Assembly: GCA_963933835.1 (NCBI GenBank)
Contig: CAWVVV010000002.1
Coordinates: 320,001-384,000 of the forward strand
From: an uncultured Puniceicoccaceae bacterium
Lineage (GTDB): Bacteria > Verrucomicrobiota > Verrucomicrobiia > Opitutales > Oceanipulchritudinaceae
Direction of reading: 5' to 3'
DNA length: 64,000 nt
Of this stretch, positions 30,915 to 39,837 are shown piece after piece. Position numbers and translations under genes: made by a program. The first letter of the stretch is position 1. Every line of letters begins with the position of its first letter. Under the pieces are notes generated by a model. That model did not search any database, had not been told where the DNA came from, and worked only from the letters and a program-made list of their open reading frames with translations.

Positions 30915-32281
30915 TCGATATTTTGATGTCTCCGATCGTATTAGAAAATCTGCTACTGCAGCTCGATCCACAAGTCGTGTGGGAGACGCTGACGCTGCGC
31001 AGTGGATACAACTCCACGGTTGTTATCGTGGGGACGACACTCCTTGGAATCAGCGCCGGCGTCGTGGGTGTCTTTGCGCTTTTACGCAAACGCTCCTTGA
31101 TGGCTGATGCACTGAGTCACGCCACTCTTCCGGGAATTGGATTGGCCTTTATCATCGCGACTTGGCTGGGATATGAAGGCCGCAGCTTGCCAATACTCCT
31201 GACGGGGGCCGCCATTACGGGTGTGCTCGGGGTCGTGACAATCCAATGGCTTGTGCGCTCTACGCGTCTTCGCGAGGACGCAGCGATTGGCATCGTGCTC
31301 AGTGTTTTCTTTGGCATTGGAGTCGTGATCCTCAGTATCGTTCAGTCGATGAAGGCGGGGACAGCCGGTGGCATAAATCATTTTATCTATGGCCAAACGG
31401 CTGCAATGAGTGCGGCGGATGCTAAGCTCATGGGGCTCATCGCACTGGCCACGGTCTTCTTCGCCTTCTTCTTGCTTAAGGAATTTGCTGTTGTGTGTTT
31501 CAATGACGCCTTTGCTCAAGTGACAGGTTGGCCAGTTTCGAAAATCGATCTCCTGATGATGGCTTTGGTCGCGCTGGTTACGGTGGCTGGTTTGCAGGCG
31601 GTAGGCCTTATCCTGGTCGTTGCAATGTTGATCATTCCTGCGGTTGCGGCGCGTTTTTGGACCGAGCGATTATGGAAACTCATTTTGCTCGCGGGTCTGA
31701 TCGGGGGCGTCTCGGGCTATCTCGGATCGGTCGCTTCAGCGCTGTTGCCGCGGAAGCCAGCGGGGGCGGTCATCGTATTGACGGCGGGGATGATTTTCAC
31801 CCTGAGTATGTTTATCGCTCCGTCGCGTGGTGTCTTAGCATCGGTCTTACGCCGTATGAGGTTGAAACTCCGAATCGCGACGGATCACCTCCTGGAGGCG
31901 ACGGTCGATGAGGACGAGAGCACGAGAGGTTCTCTATCCGTCGCAAACACTAAGGTTCTTCAGAAGAAGCGAAATTGGGGGGCATGGCTTCACTTCGCAG
32001 TGCCGCTTTTTGTTCGTGTGAAAGGATTCGGACGCTTTGAGAAGGGGGCTTTTCTAGCCTCTGAAGTGGGACTTCAACGAGGACTCCGCGTGGAACGAAA
32101 TCATCAGCTCTGGGAACAATATCTTCTCTCATATGCGGATATCGCGCCGGGGCACATTGACTGGACGGTCGATCAAGTGGAGCACGTCTTGAGTCCCGAA
32201 CTGATCAATGAATTAGAAATCCTCATACAAGAGCGGACGGGTGAATCCTTTGAAATCGCATCGCGGGGAGGTATAGCGTGA
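30911..32281 (+). CDS. Mn/Zn ABC transporter permease with C-terminal DtxR-like domain (TroC-like)
   Basis: [17 protein letters not shown]; tail [15 protein letters not shown]...[11 protein letters not shown]. Confidence 0.92.
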   Translation: MIDILMSPIVLENLLLQLDPQVVWETLTLRSGYNSTVVIVGTTLLGISAGVVGVFALLRKRSLMADALSHATLPGIGLAFIIATWLGYEGRSLPILLTGAAITGVLGVVTIQWLVRSTRLREDAAIGIVLSVFFGIGVVILSIVQSMKAGTAGGINHFIYGQTAAMSAADAKLMGLIALATVFFAFFLLKEFAVVCFNDAFAQVTGWPVSKIDLLMMALVALVTVAGLQAVGLILVVAMLIIPAVAARFWTERLWKLILLAGLIGGVSGYLGSVASALLPRKPAGAVIVLTAGMIFTLSMFIAPSRGVLASVLRRMRLKLRIATDHLLEATVDEDESTRGSLSVANTKVLQKKRNWGAWLHFAVPLFVRVKGFGRFEKGAFLASEVGLQRGLRVERNHQLWEQYLLSYADIAPGHIDWTVDQVEHVLSPELINELEILIQERTGESFEIASRGGIA

Positions 32282-33600
32282 TCGATTTTATTCCTGCACT
32301 TGATCTGTTCCCCCTTATGGCTGCGCTGCTTGCAGCCCTTACCTGTGGACTGCTGGGGAACTTCCTCGTTCTCAGAAAGATCAGTTTGATGGGCGACGCG
32401 ATCAGTCATTCGGTGCTGCCGGGGCTTGTTATTGCATTTTTGATTACATCAACGCGGAGTCCGATGATTATGTTTATTGGAGCGGCGGCGGCGGGACTCG
32501 CGACGGTTGCTCTCGTCGAAGTAGTGAAAAAGCTAGGACGCGTCGAATCTGGTGCCGCGATGGGGGTGGTGTTTAGCATCCTCTTCGCTTTTGGCGTATT
32601 GCTCATCGAGCAGGCGGCGGCGCGACATGTGGACCTCGATGCGGACTGTGTCTTGTATGGACAACTGGAAACGCTGGTGTGGTTTGAGGCTCCGCTGGAA
32701 TTAGGGGCCTTGCTTTCGTTCGCGACGATCGAGGCGCTGCCTCGGCAAGTGATTGTGTTGTTTTCGATACTTACACTTTCGTTGGCATTCGTCGTGGTTT
32801 TCTTCAAGGAACTCCGGGTGACGGCCTTCGACCCCGCGTTAGCGACGAGCCTAGGGATCAACGCGAATATGATGCACTACGGCTTGATGCTCTTCGTCGC
32901 AGCGGCCACCGTCGCAGCTTTTGAAGCAGTGGGATCGATCCTTGTTATTGCGATGTTGGTTTGCCCCGGCGCGACGGCTCGGCTTTGGACCGATCGGCTT
33001 TCGCATCAGATTTTTGTAAGCTTGGCCTTTGCCACTGGAAGTGCGGTGACGGGTTATTTCGGAGCGACGACGATACCGTCTTGGTTCGATGCCGGGAGCG
33101 TGAATGCGGCGGGGAGCATGACGGTGGCAGCGGGAGGCTTTTTGGCCCTGTCAGTTTTCTTTGCTCCGCAGTATGGGCTAGTAGCGAAGCGTCTACGGGC
33201 GAAGCGGCTTCAACGTGATTCCGCGATGGATCAGCTCTTGGCTGGACTACTGCGTGCTCGAGAAAAAGGGGCGCACTGGATTGATCTGTGTGTCCTCACT
33301 CGGGCTTCGATGGGGTTTGATTTGGGGAGGGCAGCAATACGGGCAAAGCGGCTCGGCTATGTCGAGCGGCAAGCATTGGAGTTAAATCTGACAGCGCGCG
33401 GCCTCGAGGAAGCAAAAGCGATCCTGAGACGCCACCGCGGCTGGGAGAGCTATCTGGTTGATGATGCGGGCATCCGTCCAGACAATGTTCATGCGCTCGC
33501 CGAGCAGCTTGAACATATCTCAGTTGAGCCAACCGTTGCGAAGGAGTTGGACCCTCATGGGCAGCCTATTTACCCCCGTAAATCAGAGGATGATACATAG
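32278..33600 (+). CDS. Mn/Zn ABC transporter permease with C-terminal DtxR-like domain (TroD-like)
   Basis: GDAISHSVLPG, HVDLDADCVLYG, FDPALA; tail LTARG..AKAILRRHRGWESYL...AEQLEH...DPHGQPI. Confidence 0.92.
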   Translation: MIDFIPALDLFPLMAALLAALTCGLLGNFLVLRKISLMGDAISHSVLPGLVIAFLITSTRSPMIMFIGAAAAGLATVALVEVVKKLGRVESGAAMGVVFSILFAFGVLLIEQAAARHVDLDADCVLYGQLETLVWFEAPLELGALLSFATIEALPRQVIVLFSILTLSLAFVVVFFKELRVTAFDPALATSLGINANMMHYGLMLFVAAATVAAFEAVGSILVIAMLVCPGATARLWTDRLSHQIFVSLAFATGSAVTGYFGATTIPSWFDAGSVNAAGSMTVAAGGFLALSVFFAPQYGLVAKRLRAKRLQRDSAMDQLLAGLLRAREKGAHWIDLCVLTRASMGFDLGRAAIRAKRLGYVERQALELNLTARGLEEAKAILRRHRGWESYLVDDAGIRPDNVHALAEQLEHISVEPTVAKELDPHGQPIYPRKSEDDT

Positions 33601-33615
33601 TTTGTAGGCGATTTC

Positions 33616-34461
33616 CTAATACGCCATGCCGATGCCGATGCGAAATTCATCGCCCCCGCCAAGACTAGAGTTCTGACGTTTCTCGTAGAGGTTGAAGTTG
33701 TATCCGACTTTGAAGAGAATGGTCTTATCGATCCACCAAAATAAGGCGGGCCCACCGCGTAGTCGGGTATAGCCAGATCCACCGTCATCGTAGTGGTGGT
33801 CGAAGTCGAATTCGAGGGTGACTTGGGTTGAGGTCGTCGGAATGAAGCCGATTTTGGCATCGGCATCAATCCGGTTGCCGCGATTGTCTGCGCCTTCCAG
33901 CCAGTAAGTGATCCCGCCTCCGATGATATAGTTGGGGGTTTCTCGTTTTGCGCTGATACCGATGCCCCAATCGGTCGAGCCATCGCTGAAGCCAATGGGG
34001 CTATCTTCGTCGCCGGTTGGCAGCTCGATGCGAGGATTTAGGGAGATGTTCCCCGAAAAACCTTTGCCGTTGTAGTATTTCCGGATCGGGAAGGCCAGTT
34101 TGAGGTTTCCAAAACCTTCGTCTGTCTGGGTGACGGCGGTGCCGTTCTCGATCGTGGTTTTCTCAGCTCGATGGTAAGGCAACGTTCCGACGATGCGGAG
34201 TGAGCGATCCCAGGTGTAGACACCTCCAAATTCAGCGGTGTGCAGGCTCGATGAGAGGCCCAGTGGATTGGCAATTGAATCGGTTCCATTCAGAATTTCA
34301 TCCGCGTCCTGCCATTTATAGAAGACCTGCCAGCCGTAGCCATAATCCCAGCGCGGGACCATGCTCATGACGGGGGTCTCGGCAAAGGTGGCGGGTGCGA
34401 CCAAGAGAGTGCCAAGGACAGCGACGAGCCATCCTCGAATACCGGAGCGCTTTCTCTTCAT
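33616..34461 (-). CDS. Putative outer-membrane beta-barrel (transporter-like)
   Basis: Signal peptide; EGFGNL, IELPTG, SDGSTD; alternating aromatic strands; terminal Y. Confidence 0.65.
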   Translation of the reverse strand: MKRKRSGIRGWLVAVLGTLLVAPATFAETPVMSMVPRWDYGYGWQVFYKWQDADEILNGTDSIANPLGLSSSLHTAEFGGVYTWDRSLRIVGTLPYHRAEKTTIENGTAVTQTDEGFGNLKLAFPIRKYYNGKGFSGNISLNPRIELPTGDEDSPIGFSDGSTDWGIGISAKRETPNYIIGGGITYWLEGADNRGNRIDADAKIGFIPTTSTQVTLEFDFDHHYDDGGSGYTRLRGGPALFWWIDKTILFKVGYNFNLYEKRQNSSLGGGDEFRIGIGMAY

Positions 34462-34464
34462 GCT

Positions 34465-35004
34465 CTAGAGGGTGGATGTGAGCTCAGCGATATAGCTCTG
34501 CGCCTTGAGGTCGCTCTGGCGAATTGAAATCAGCTGCTCGCTGGCGAGGTCGGTCGATTCGACGGTCAAGTTCAGCGGCGTATCGATGCCGGGCACAGTG
34601 TATTGCTCCCCTAGGAGTTCCCCGTCTTCGAGGAGGTAAATCGAGATGGGGTCGTAGCCGGCATCGCTGACTGCTTTGACAATCGCGCGCAGATCAATCG
34701 CTTCACCGGGTTCGCGGGCAAGAGTTAGGAACTGGGTATAGATGTCCATCTGCAGCCCTTTGTCGAAACGGCTGCGGTCGATGCCGTCGACTTTGCGCAG
34801 CTTGCGATTGATCCCGAATGCGCAGGTTTCGCAGATGAGACCTTTGACGCGCAATGCGACGGTGTTGTCTTCCGCTTGTAAGATCTCGGTGGCTTTGGCG
34901 GCCTCGATTTCAGGGGTGTAGGATTGTTCGACGGCGTCCGTCGGAGAGGCACTGAGCGCGCTCGCACAGAGGAGCGCGGTAAAAAGAAGGGTCTTAAAGT
35001 TCAT
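34465..35004 (-). CDS. Exported heavy-metal-associated (HMA)-domain protein
   Basis: Signal peptide MNFKTLLFTALLCASALSA; LRVKGLICETCA...AVSDAGY. Confidence 0.8.
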   Translation of the reverse strand: MNFKTLLFTALLCASALSASPTDAVEQSYTPEIEAAKATEILQAEDNTVALRVKGLICETCAFGINRKLRKVDGIDRSRFDKGLQMDIYTQFLTLAREPGEAIDLRAIVKAVSDAGYDPISIYLLEDGELLGEQYTVPGIDTPLNLTVESTDLASEQLISIRQSDLKAQSYIAELTSTL

Positions 35005-35113
35005 GATTTTGAGTATTTCGAAGTTAGAAAGTGTGTTGAAGAATTTGCATACAGCATTGGCGCTGTGCGATTTGCCGCGTGAAAGGTACACGGCTGAGTC
35101 GTCTTCTAGGTTT

Positions 35114-35581
35114 CTAGCTTCGAGGTGGAGGTGAATCCACTCCCTCAAATTGCTGCGGCGAGAGCACAGCTGAACTGTCGATAAGGGCGGCATCGCTTCC
35201 TTGAGCGAAGCTATGGCCTAAATCGTCGTTTAATTTGATGTGCGCGTGTGAGCTGGGCGCAGTCTCTGAAGGACCGCAACCGTGGCTGCATGCCCCCGTG
35301 TCGTGGCATGATTTGCCGGGGCAGTCGTTCGAACCATGGTCCTGATGAGCGTCTTCGCTCGGCTCTGGTTCTGAGTCGCTGCAGCAAGGATCTGCTTCGC
35401 AGCTATCTTGCACTATCACCGCTGTTCCCTGCTCATGGTCGCTTACAGGCAAGGTGTTCACGCTCCACGCGGGGAGGAAAACAAGGCTACTGCAAAGGAG
35501 GAAAACAAGGCTACTGCAAAGGAGGAAAACAAGGCTACTGCAAAGGAGGAAAACAAGGCTACTGCAAAGGAGGCGCATCAT
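35114..35581 (-). CDS. Exported Cys/His-rich leader protein ending in PPPR (candidate arrest peptide)
   Basis: Hydrophobic N-terminus with 4x LLCSSLVF; SCEADPCC, CPGKSCHDTGACSHGC; ends GVDSPPPRS*. Confidence 0.7.
   Translation of the reverse strand: MMRLLCSSLVFLLCSSLVFLLCSSLVFLLCSSLVFLPAWSVNTLPVSDHEQGTAVIVQDSCEADPCCSDSEPEPSEDAHQDHGSNDCPGKSCHDTGACSHGCGPSETAPSSHAHIKLNDDLGHSFAQGSDAALIDSSAVLSPQQFEGVDSPPPRS
35473..35573. repeat. Perfect 24-bp tandem repeat x4 (plus 5 nt)
   Basis: GGAGGAAAACAAGGCTACTGCAAA at 35473, 35497, 35521, 35545. Confidence 0.97.
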
Positions 35582-35698
35582 AGTGCTATAATGAAGAAGC
35601 ATAGGTTGCAGAGATTATTCCGCAAGCAAATCTTTTCACTGTATTAACTCGGGTGGTCGGCGCTTTGCTGAAGGCGCGTAGTTGTCGCACGGCGGCGC

Positions 35699-37465
35699 TT
35701 ACATTCTTTCGAGCGTTTCTAGGCCGAGAAGATGCAGTCCAGTTTCCAAAGTGAGGAGCGTTTGCGCGCATAGACTCAAGCGGCGGGCGCGAATCGCGGG
35801 GTCTTCAATCGAGACCCGATCTGCGGCGTAAAAGGTGCTGAAAAGCCCGGCCAACTCGAAGAGGTAAGTGCAGAGGTTGTGTGGACGGTAGTCGCCAAGT
35901 GCTTGTTCGAACGCAGATGGAAAGGCGACCAGTTTGCGTGCGAGTGCGATCTCGGTTTCGGTTTCAGGAGCGGAGGCCGCGCTGACAAAGTCGTCCGTCG
36001 GGCGCACCTCGAGCTTGCGGAAGATACTGTGGATCCGCGCGCCTGCGTAGAGCAGGTAAGGGGCGGTGTTGCCCTCAAGAGCGAGCATCTTGTCCCATGA
36101 GAATTGGTAATCGCTTGAGCGGTTTTGCGAGAGGTCGGCATAGCGCACGGCACCTATCCCAATGGCCTCGGCGACGCGGGATTGCTCTTCTTCGGCGAGT
36201 TCAGGATTTTTCTCCGAGACGATCGCGAGGGCTCGATTGTGAGCTTCTTCAAGGAGGGCTTTGAGCTTAACGTTATCGCCTTCCTTTGTTTTGAGGGGCT
36301 TTCCGTTGGGTCCGAGGATAGTGCCGTTGCTCACGTGCTTCAGCTTTGGAAGGGTCCATCCGCGCGCTTCAAACCACTTCTTCGTCGTGAGAAAAAGCTG
36401 TTCGAAGTGATCGCTTTGTCGCGAATCGACGCAGTAGAGGATATCGTCGGAGGCGAGTTCTTTGGCTCGGTAATAAATCGTTGCGAGGTCAGTCGTGGCG
36501 TAGTTCGACGCACCATCAGTCTTGCGGACAATGAAGGGCTGCTTCGCGAAACGCGGGTGCTCGGGGTGGAAGACGACAAGCGCGCCTTCACTTTTCTCTG
36601 AGAGTCCAGTTTCAGCCAACTCTTCGTAGATGTTGTCGACGCGGTCGCGGTAGAAGCTTTCACCCAGGGCGGTGTCGAATTTCACGCCAAGGCGATCGTA
36701 GTTGCTCTCGAAGGCATGCCAGCTGACTTCGGTGATCTTCTTCCAGATCGTAAGGTTCTCTTCGTCACCTTGCTGGAGTTTGACGAGTTCGTCGCGGACT
36801 TCCTGTGCGATTTCTGGGGAGCTTTTGTAGGCGGCATTGCCCTCTTTATAAAGTGCTTCGAGATCGGCGACGGGGTTTTCGTGTTCAGCATCGAGGTCGT
36901 GGCCACTTTTCTTCAGGGAGTAGATGATCATCCCGAACTGGGTGCCCCAGTCGCCGAGGTGATTATCGCGGGTCACTTCAGCGCCCGCATAGGTAAGCAT
37001 GCGTGCAAGGGCCTCGCCGATGACGGTCGAGCGGATGTGCCCAACGTGCATTTCCTTCGCCGTGTTGGGCGAGCTGTAGTCGACGACCGCTTTTAAGCCC
37101 TTTCGTAGCTGCGAAGAGTTTTGGGCGAAGGCATCAGCGGCGCCGAAGGCTTCGATCCACTTGAGCAGAAAGGTGGGTTGCAGACTGAAATTGAGAAAGC
37201 CCGGTCCAGCGATCGATACCGTAACGTAGTTTGGGTCGAGAGCGCCCGAGGCGACGACGGCGTCGAGGAGTTTTTGCCCGAGAGGTCGCGGTGGAACGCC
37301 GACCTTTTTTGCGACGCCGAGGATGCCATTGGCCTGAAAATCTCCGTGCCGCGGATCGGCGGCGCGGAGGATCGGGTCGAAGTCAGCGCCGAGCTCAGGT
37401 ATCGCTGCCGCCGCATCGACGATGACTCGTTGGAGAAAAACGGAGGGTTGATAGTCCACCTGCAT
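35699..37465 (-). CDS. argS: Arginine--tRNA ligase
   Basis: DYSSPNTAKEMHVGHIRST, NHLGDWGTQFG, GNTAPYLLY. Confidence 0.98.
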   Translation of the reverse strand: MQVDYQPSVFLQRVIVDAAAAIPELGADFDPILRAADPRHGDFQANGILGVAKKVGVPPRPLGQKLLDAVVASGALDPNYVTVSIAGPGFLNFSLQPTFLLKWIEAFGAADAFAQNSSQLRKGLKAVVDYSSPNTAKEMHVGHIRSTVIGEALARMLTYAGAEVTRDNHLGDWGTQFGMIIYSLKKSGHDLDAEHENPVADLEALYKEGNAAYKSSPEIAQEVRDELVKLQQGDEENLTIWKKITEVSWHAFESNYDRLGVKFDTALGESFYRDRVDNIYEELAETGLSEKSEGALVVFHPEHPRFAKQPFIVRKTDGASNYATTDLATIYYRAKELASDDILYCVDSRQSDHFEQLFLTTKKWFEARGWTLPKLKHVSNGTILGPNGKPLKTKEGDNVKLKALLEEAHNRALAIVSEKNPELAEEEQSRVAEAIGIGAVRYADLSQNRSSDYQFSWDKMLALEGNTAPYLLYAGARIHSIFRKLEVRPTDDFVSAASAPETETEIALARKLVAFPSAFEQALGDYRPHNLCTYLFELAGLFSTFYAADRVSIEDPAIRARRLSLCAQTLLTLETGLHLLGLETLERM

Positions 37466-37683
37466 GGTCGAAGGACGCTGCGAAGGGGCGGGGGGCGAAT
37501 CAAGCTATTCGCGTGTTTCTGAGCAAAAATGACCGTTTTTGAGATTCGTTGCATCCGGCGAGGACGCGCCTAATCGGCTGCTCGAGCAATTTTTACTCGA
37601 CGGAGGCAACCTTAATCCGCTTATAGTTAAAAGTTTACGGATTCACCAACCCTCATCGGGTCTCACTCCGGATTATCTGCTCA

Positions 37684-39018
37684 ATGAGAAAAACAATAGT
37701 TTCTGTGCGTAAGTTCGTCAAGCCGTCCTACGCCTACTTAATAGAGAAAAAACGAGATGGAGGCGAGTTCTCGCATGACGAGATTCGCTACATCGTAGAC
37801 TCTATTTACGAAAAAGAACTGCCAAAACACCAATTGGCGGCACTCGTTATGGCGATCTATTTCCAGGGCATGAGTGCTCAGGAAACAGCCATCCTCGCTG
37901 AGGAAATGATGCTCTCCGGTGAAGTGGTTGATCTTTCGAAAATCACTAAGCCGAAGATCGACAAGTATTCGACCGGTGGCGTGGGTGACAAGACTTCGCT
38001 CGTGCTCATCCCACTCGCAGCAGCCTGTGGCGTCGTGATGCCAAACATGAATGGTGTCGACGAAGAGTTTGTTATTTCGAGCCTCGATAAGCTGAGCTCA
38101 ATCCCTGGATTCAGTCCGACGATGGACCTTGCGGGGTTTGTCAGTCAGCTCAGTACGGTTGGGGCAACGATCGCAGGTCAGTCGAGGGAAATTGCGCCCG
38201 TTGATACGGTGCTTTATGAGATGCGTCAGCTTACCGCGACGGTCCCAAGTTTACCACTCATCACCGGTTCGGTCCTCTCTCGTAAGCTCGCGCAAGGTGC
38301 TGAAGGCCTGGTCGTCGATGTGAAGTGGGGCAACGGGTCGTTCATCAAGGATGTTGAGCAAGCGAAGCAACTTGCCCGTTCCCTAACGCGAGTCGGTCGC
38401 TCGATGGACCGCCGCTGTGTGGCACTTGTTACCGATATGAACCAGCCGCTCGGCGACACCGTCGGCACAGGGTTGGAAATCATTGAAGCGATCAAATTAC
38501 TCAAGGGTGAAGGTCCTGAGGATCTTCAGGAGCTAGTGCTGAAGCTAGGTATGGAAATCGTTCGTCTGGCCGGTGTGGCTGGTTCAACGCTCTCTGCAAA
38601 GCAGACAGTCCAGCGCGCCCTCAAGGATGGAGCTGCATTTGAGAAATTTAAGGAAATGGTCGCTGCCCAAGGCGGAAAGACCGCTTGTCTCGATGATACG
38701 AGCAAGTTCCCAGAAGCGAAATACGTTCGTAAGCTTCCTGCACCGAAGCGTGGCTACGTCCACACGATCAATGCGGGTATGATTGCTCGCGGCGTTCAGA
38801 TGCTCGCCCAGAAGGGCGGTAAGAAGCTCGACCCAGCCGTCGGCGTATCCGAAATCAAGAAAGTCGGGACTCAAGTGAAACAAGGTGAGCCGCTCATGAT
38901 GATTCACTACAACGACGAATCGAAGCTTGAGACTGCGCTCGACTACTTGCGTCAGGCCTACCGCCTCGCACCGAAGCGCCCAACACCGCCAGATCTCCTC
39001 GTTGAGCGTGTGGCCTAA
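37684..39018 (+). CDS. Thymidine phosphorylase-like paralog with altered active-site motifs
   Basis: Full-length TP fold (KKRDG, STGGVGDK, DVKWGNGSF, TDMNQPLG) but DKY for DKH and NMNGVDEEFVISS for MISGRGLGHTGGT. Confidence 0.88.
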   Translation: MRKTIVSVRKFVKPSYAYLIEKKRDGGEFSHDEIRYIVDSIYEKELPKHQLAALVMAIYFQGMSAQETAILAEEMMLSGEVVDLSKITKPKIDKYSTGGVGDKTSLVLIPLAAACGVVMPNMNGVDEEFVISSLDKLSSIPGFSPTMDLAGFVSQLSTVGATIAGQSREIAPVDTVLYEMRQLTATVPSLPLITGSVLSRKLAQGAEGLVVDVKWGNGSFIKDVEQAKQLARSLTRVGRSMDRRCVALVTDMNQPLGDTVGTGLEIIEAIKLLKGEGPEDLQELVLKLGMEIVRLAGVAGSTLSAKQTVQRALKDGAAFEKFKEMVAAQGGKTACLDDTSKFPEAKYVRKLPAPKRGYVHTINAGMIARGVQMLAQKGGKKLDPAVGVSEIKKVGTQVKQGEPLMMIHYNDESKLETALDYLRQAYRLAPKRPTPPDLLVERVA

Positions 39019-39045
39019 GGGGTTCTAACGAACCATCAGTTTTAT

Positions 39046-39091
39046 AAACAAAGACGCCCCGGACTTGAAGGTCCGGGGCGTCTTTTGTTTT
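39046..39091. terminator. Bidirectional rho-independent terminator
   Basis: AAAGACGCCCCGGAC-ttgaag-GTCCGGGGCGTCTTT flanked by A and T tracts, between convergent genes. Confidence 0.9.
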
Positions 39092-39111
39092 AAAGGATTG
39101 AAGGGGTGTCT

Positions 39112-39669
39112 TTAGACGCGGCCGAGGTAGCTTTTGTCTTCGGTCGATACCTTGATTTTGTCGCCCGTCTTGATAAAGAGCGGGGTCTGAACGACGAGGC
39201 CCGTCGCGGTGGTTACAGGCTTGAGGGCAGCGCCGGAGGTATCACCCCGGAGAGCAGCAGGCGCTTCGGTCACTTCCATTTCAACGGAGACTGGTAGTTG
39301 AATCTGGACAGGATTATCATCGACGAAGAGGACGTCGACGGGGTTGCCCTCATCGAGAAAGTCTTTCGCCTCTTCGACGAGATTTTCGGCAAGGATGACA
39401 TCTTCGAACGTCTCAGGGTCCATGAAGTGGTAGCCCATGTCGTCGATGTAACTGAACTCGAGACGCTTTGTGTCTGTCGTAAGAATATCGACCGTTTCGG
39501 TGGAGCGAATCTTCTGCGTCGTGCTCGAACCGGAATTGAGGTTGCGCATATTGACCTGAACAAAACCAGCTTGGCGGCCTTGCGACCGTTGTTGGGCATC
39601 GAGAACGAGATGCGGCTGTTTGTTGTAGAGGATTACATTCCCTTTTCGGATTTCAGTCGGAGTAGCCAT
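39112..39669 (-). CDS. efp: Elongation factor P
   Basis: IRKG, FMDPETFE, RGDTS..KP.T..TG..VQTPLFI..GD.IKV.T. Confidence 0.95.
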   Translation of the reverse strand: MATPTEIRKGNVILYNKQPHLVLDAQQRSQGRQAGFVQVNMRNLNSGSSTTQKIRSTETVDILTTDTKRLEFSYIDDMGYHFMDPETFEDVILAENLVEEAKDFLDEGNPVDVLFVDDNPVQIQLPVSVEMEVTEAPAALRGDTSGAALKPVTTATGLVVQTPLFIKTGDKIKVSTEDKSYLGRV

Positions 39670-39837
39670 GCTGGGTGTTAGTTAACGCGATCTTTGGATG
39701 ATGGGCGGAAACGGGTCAATCGGTTTGTTACAAGGCTGTTCAACTAGAGCGTGGGCAATGGGGAATGCCCTTTACAGGGGAAACGTGCCCGATCTATATC
39801 GTAATGCTTGATCGGCGTCCCAGTCGGCCCCCTTGGT

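Noticed and set aside
35005..35193. Upstream extension of the HMA ORF overlapping the PPPR leader
   Set aside because: The signal peptide starts at ATG 35004; the extension looks non-coding
35473..35573. 24-bp direct repeats as a CRISPR array
   Set aside because: Units are directly adjacent with no spacers, lie in frame within a CDS, and no cas genes are present
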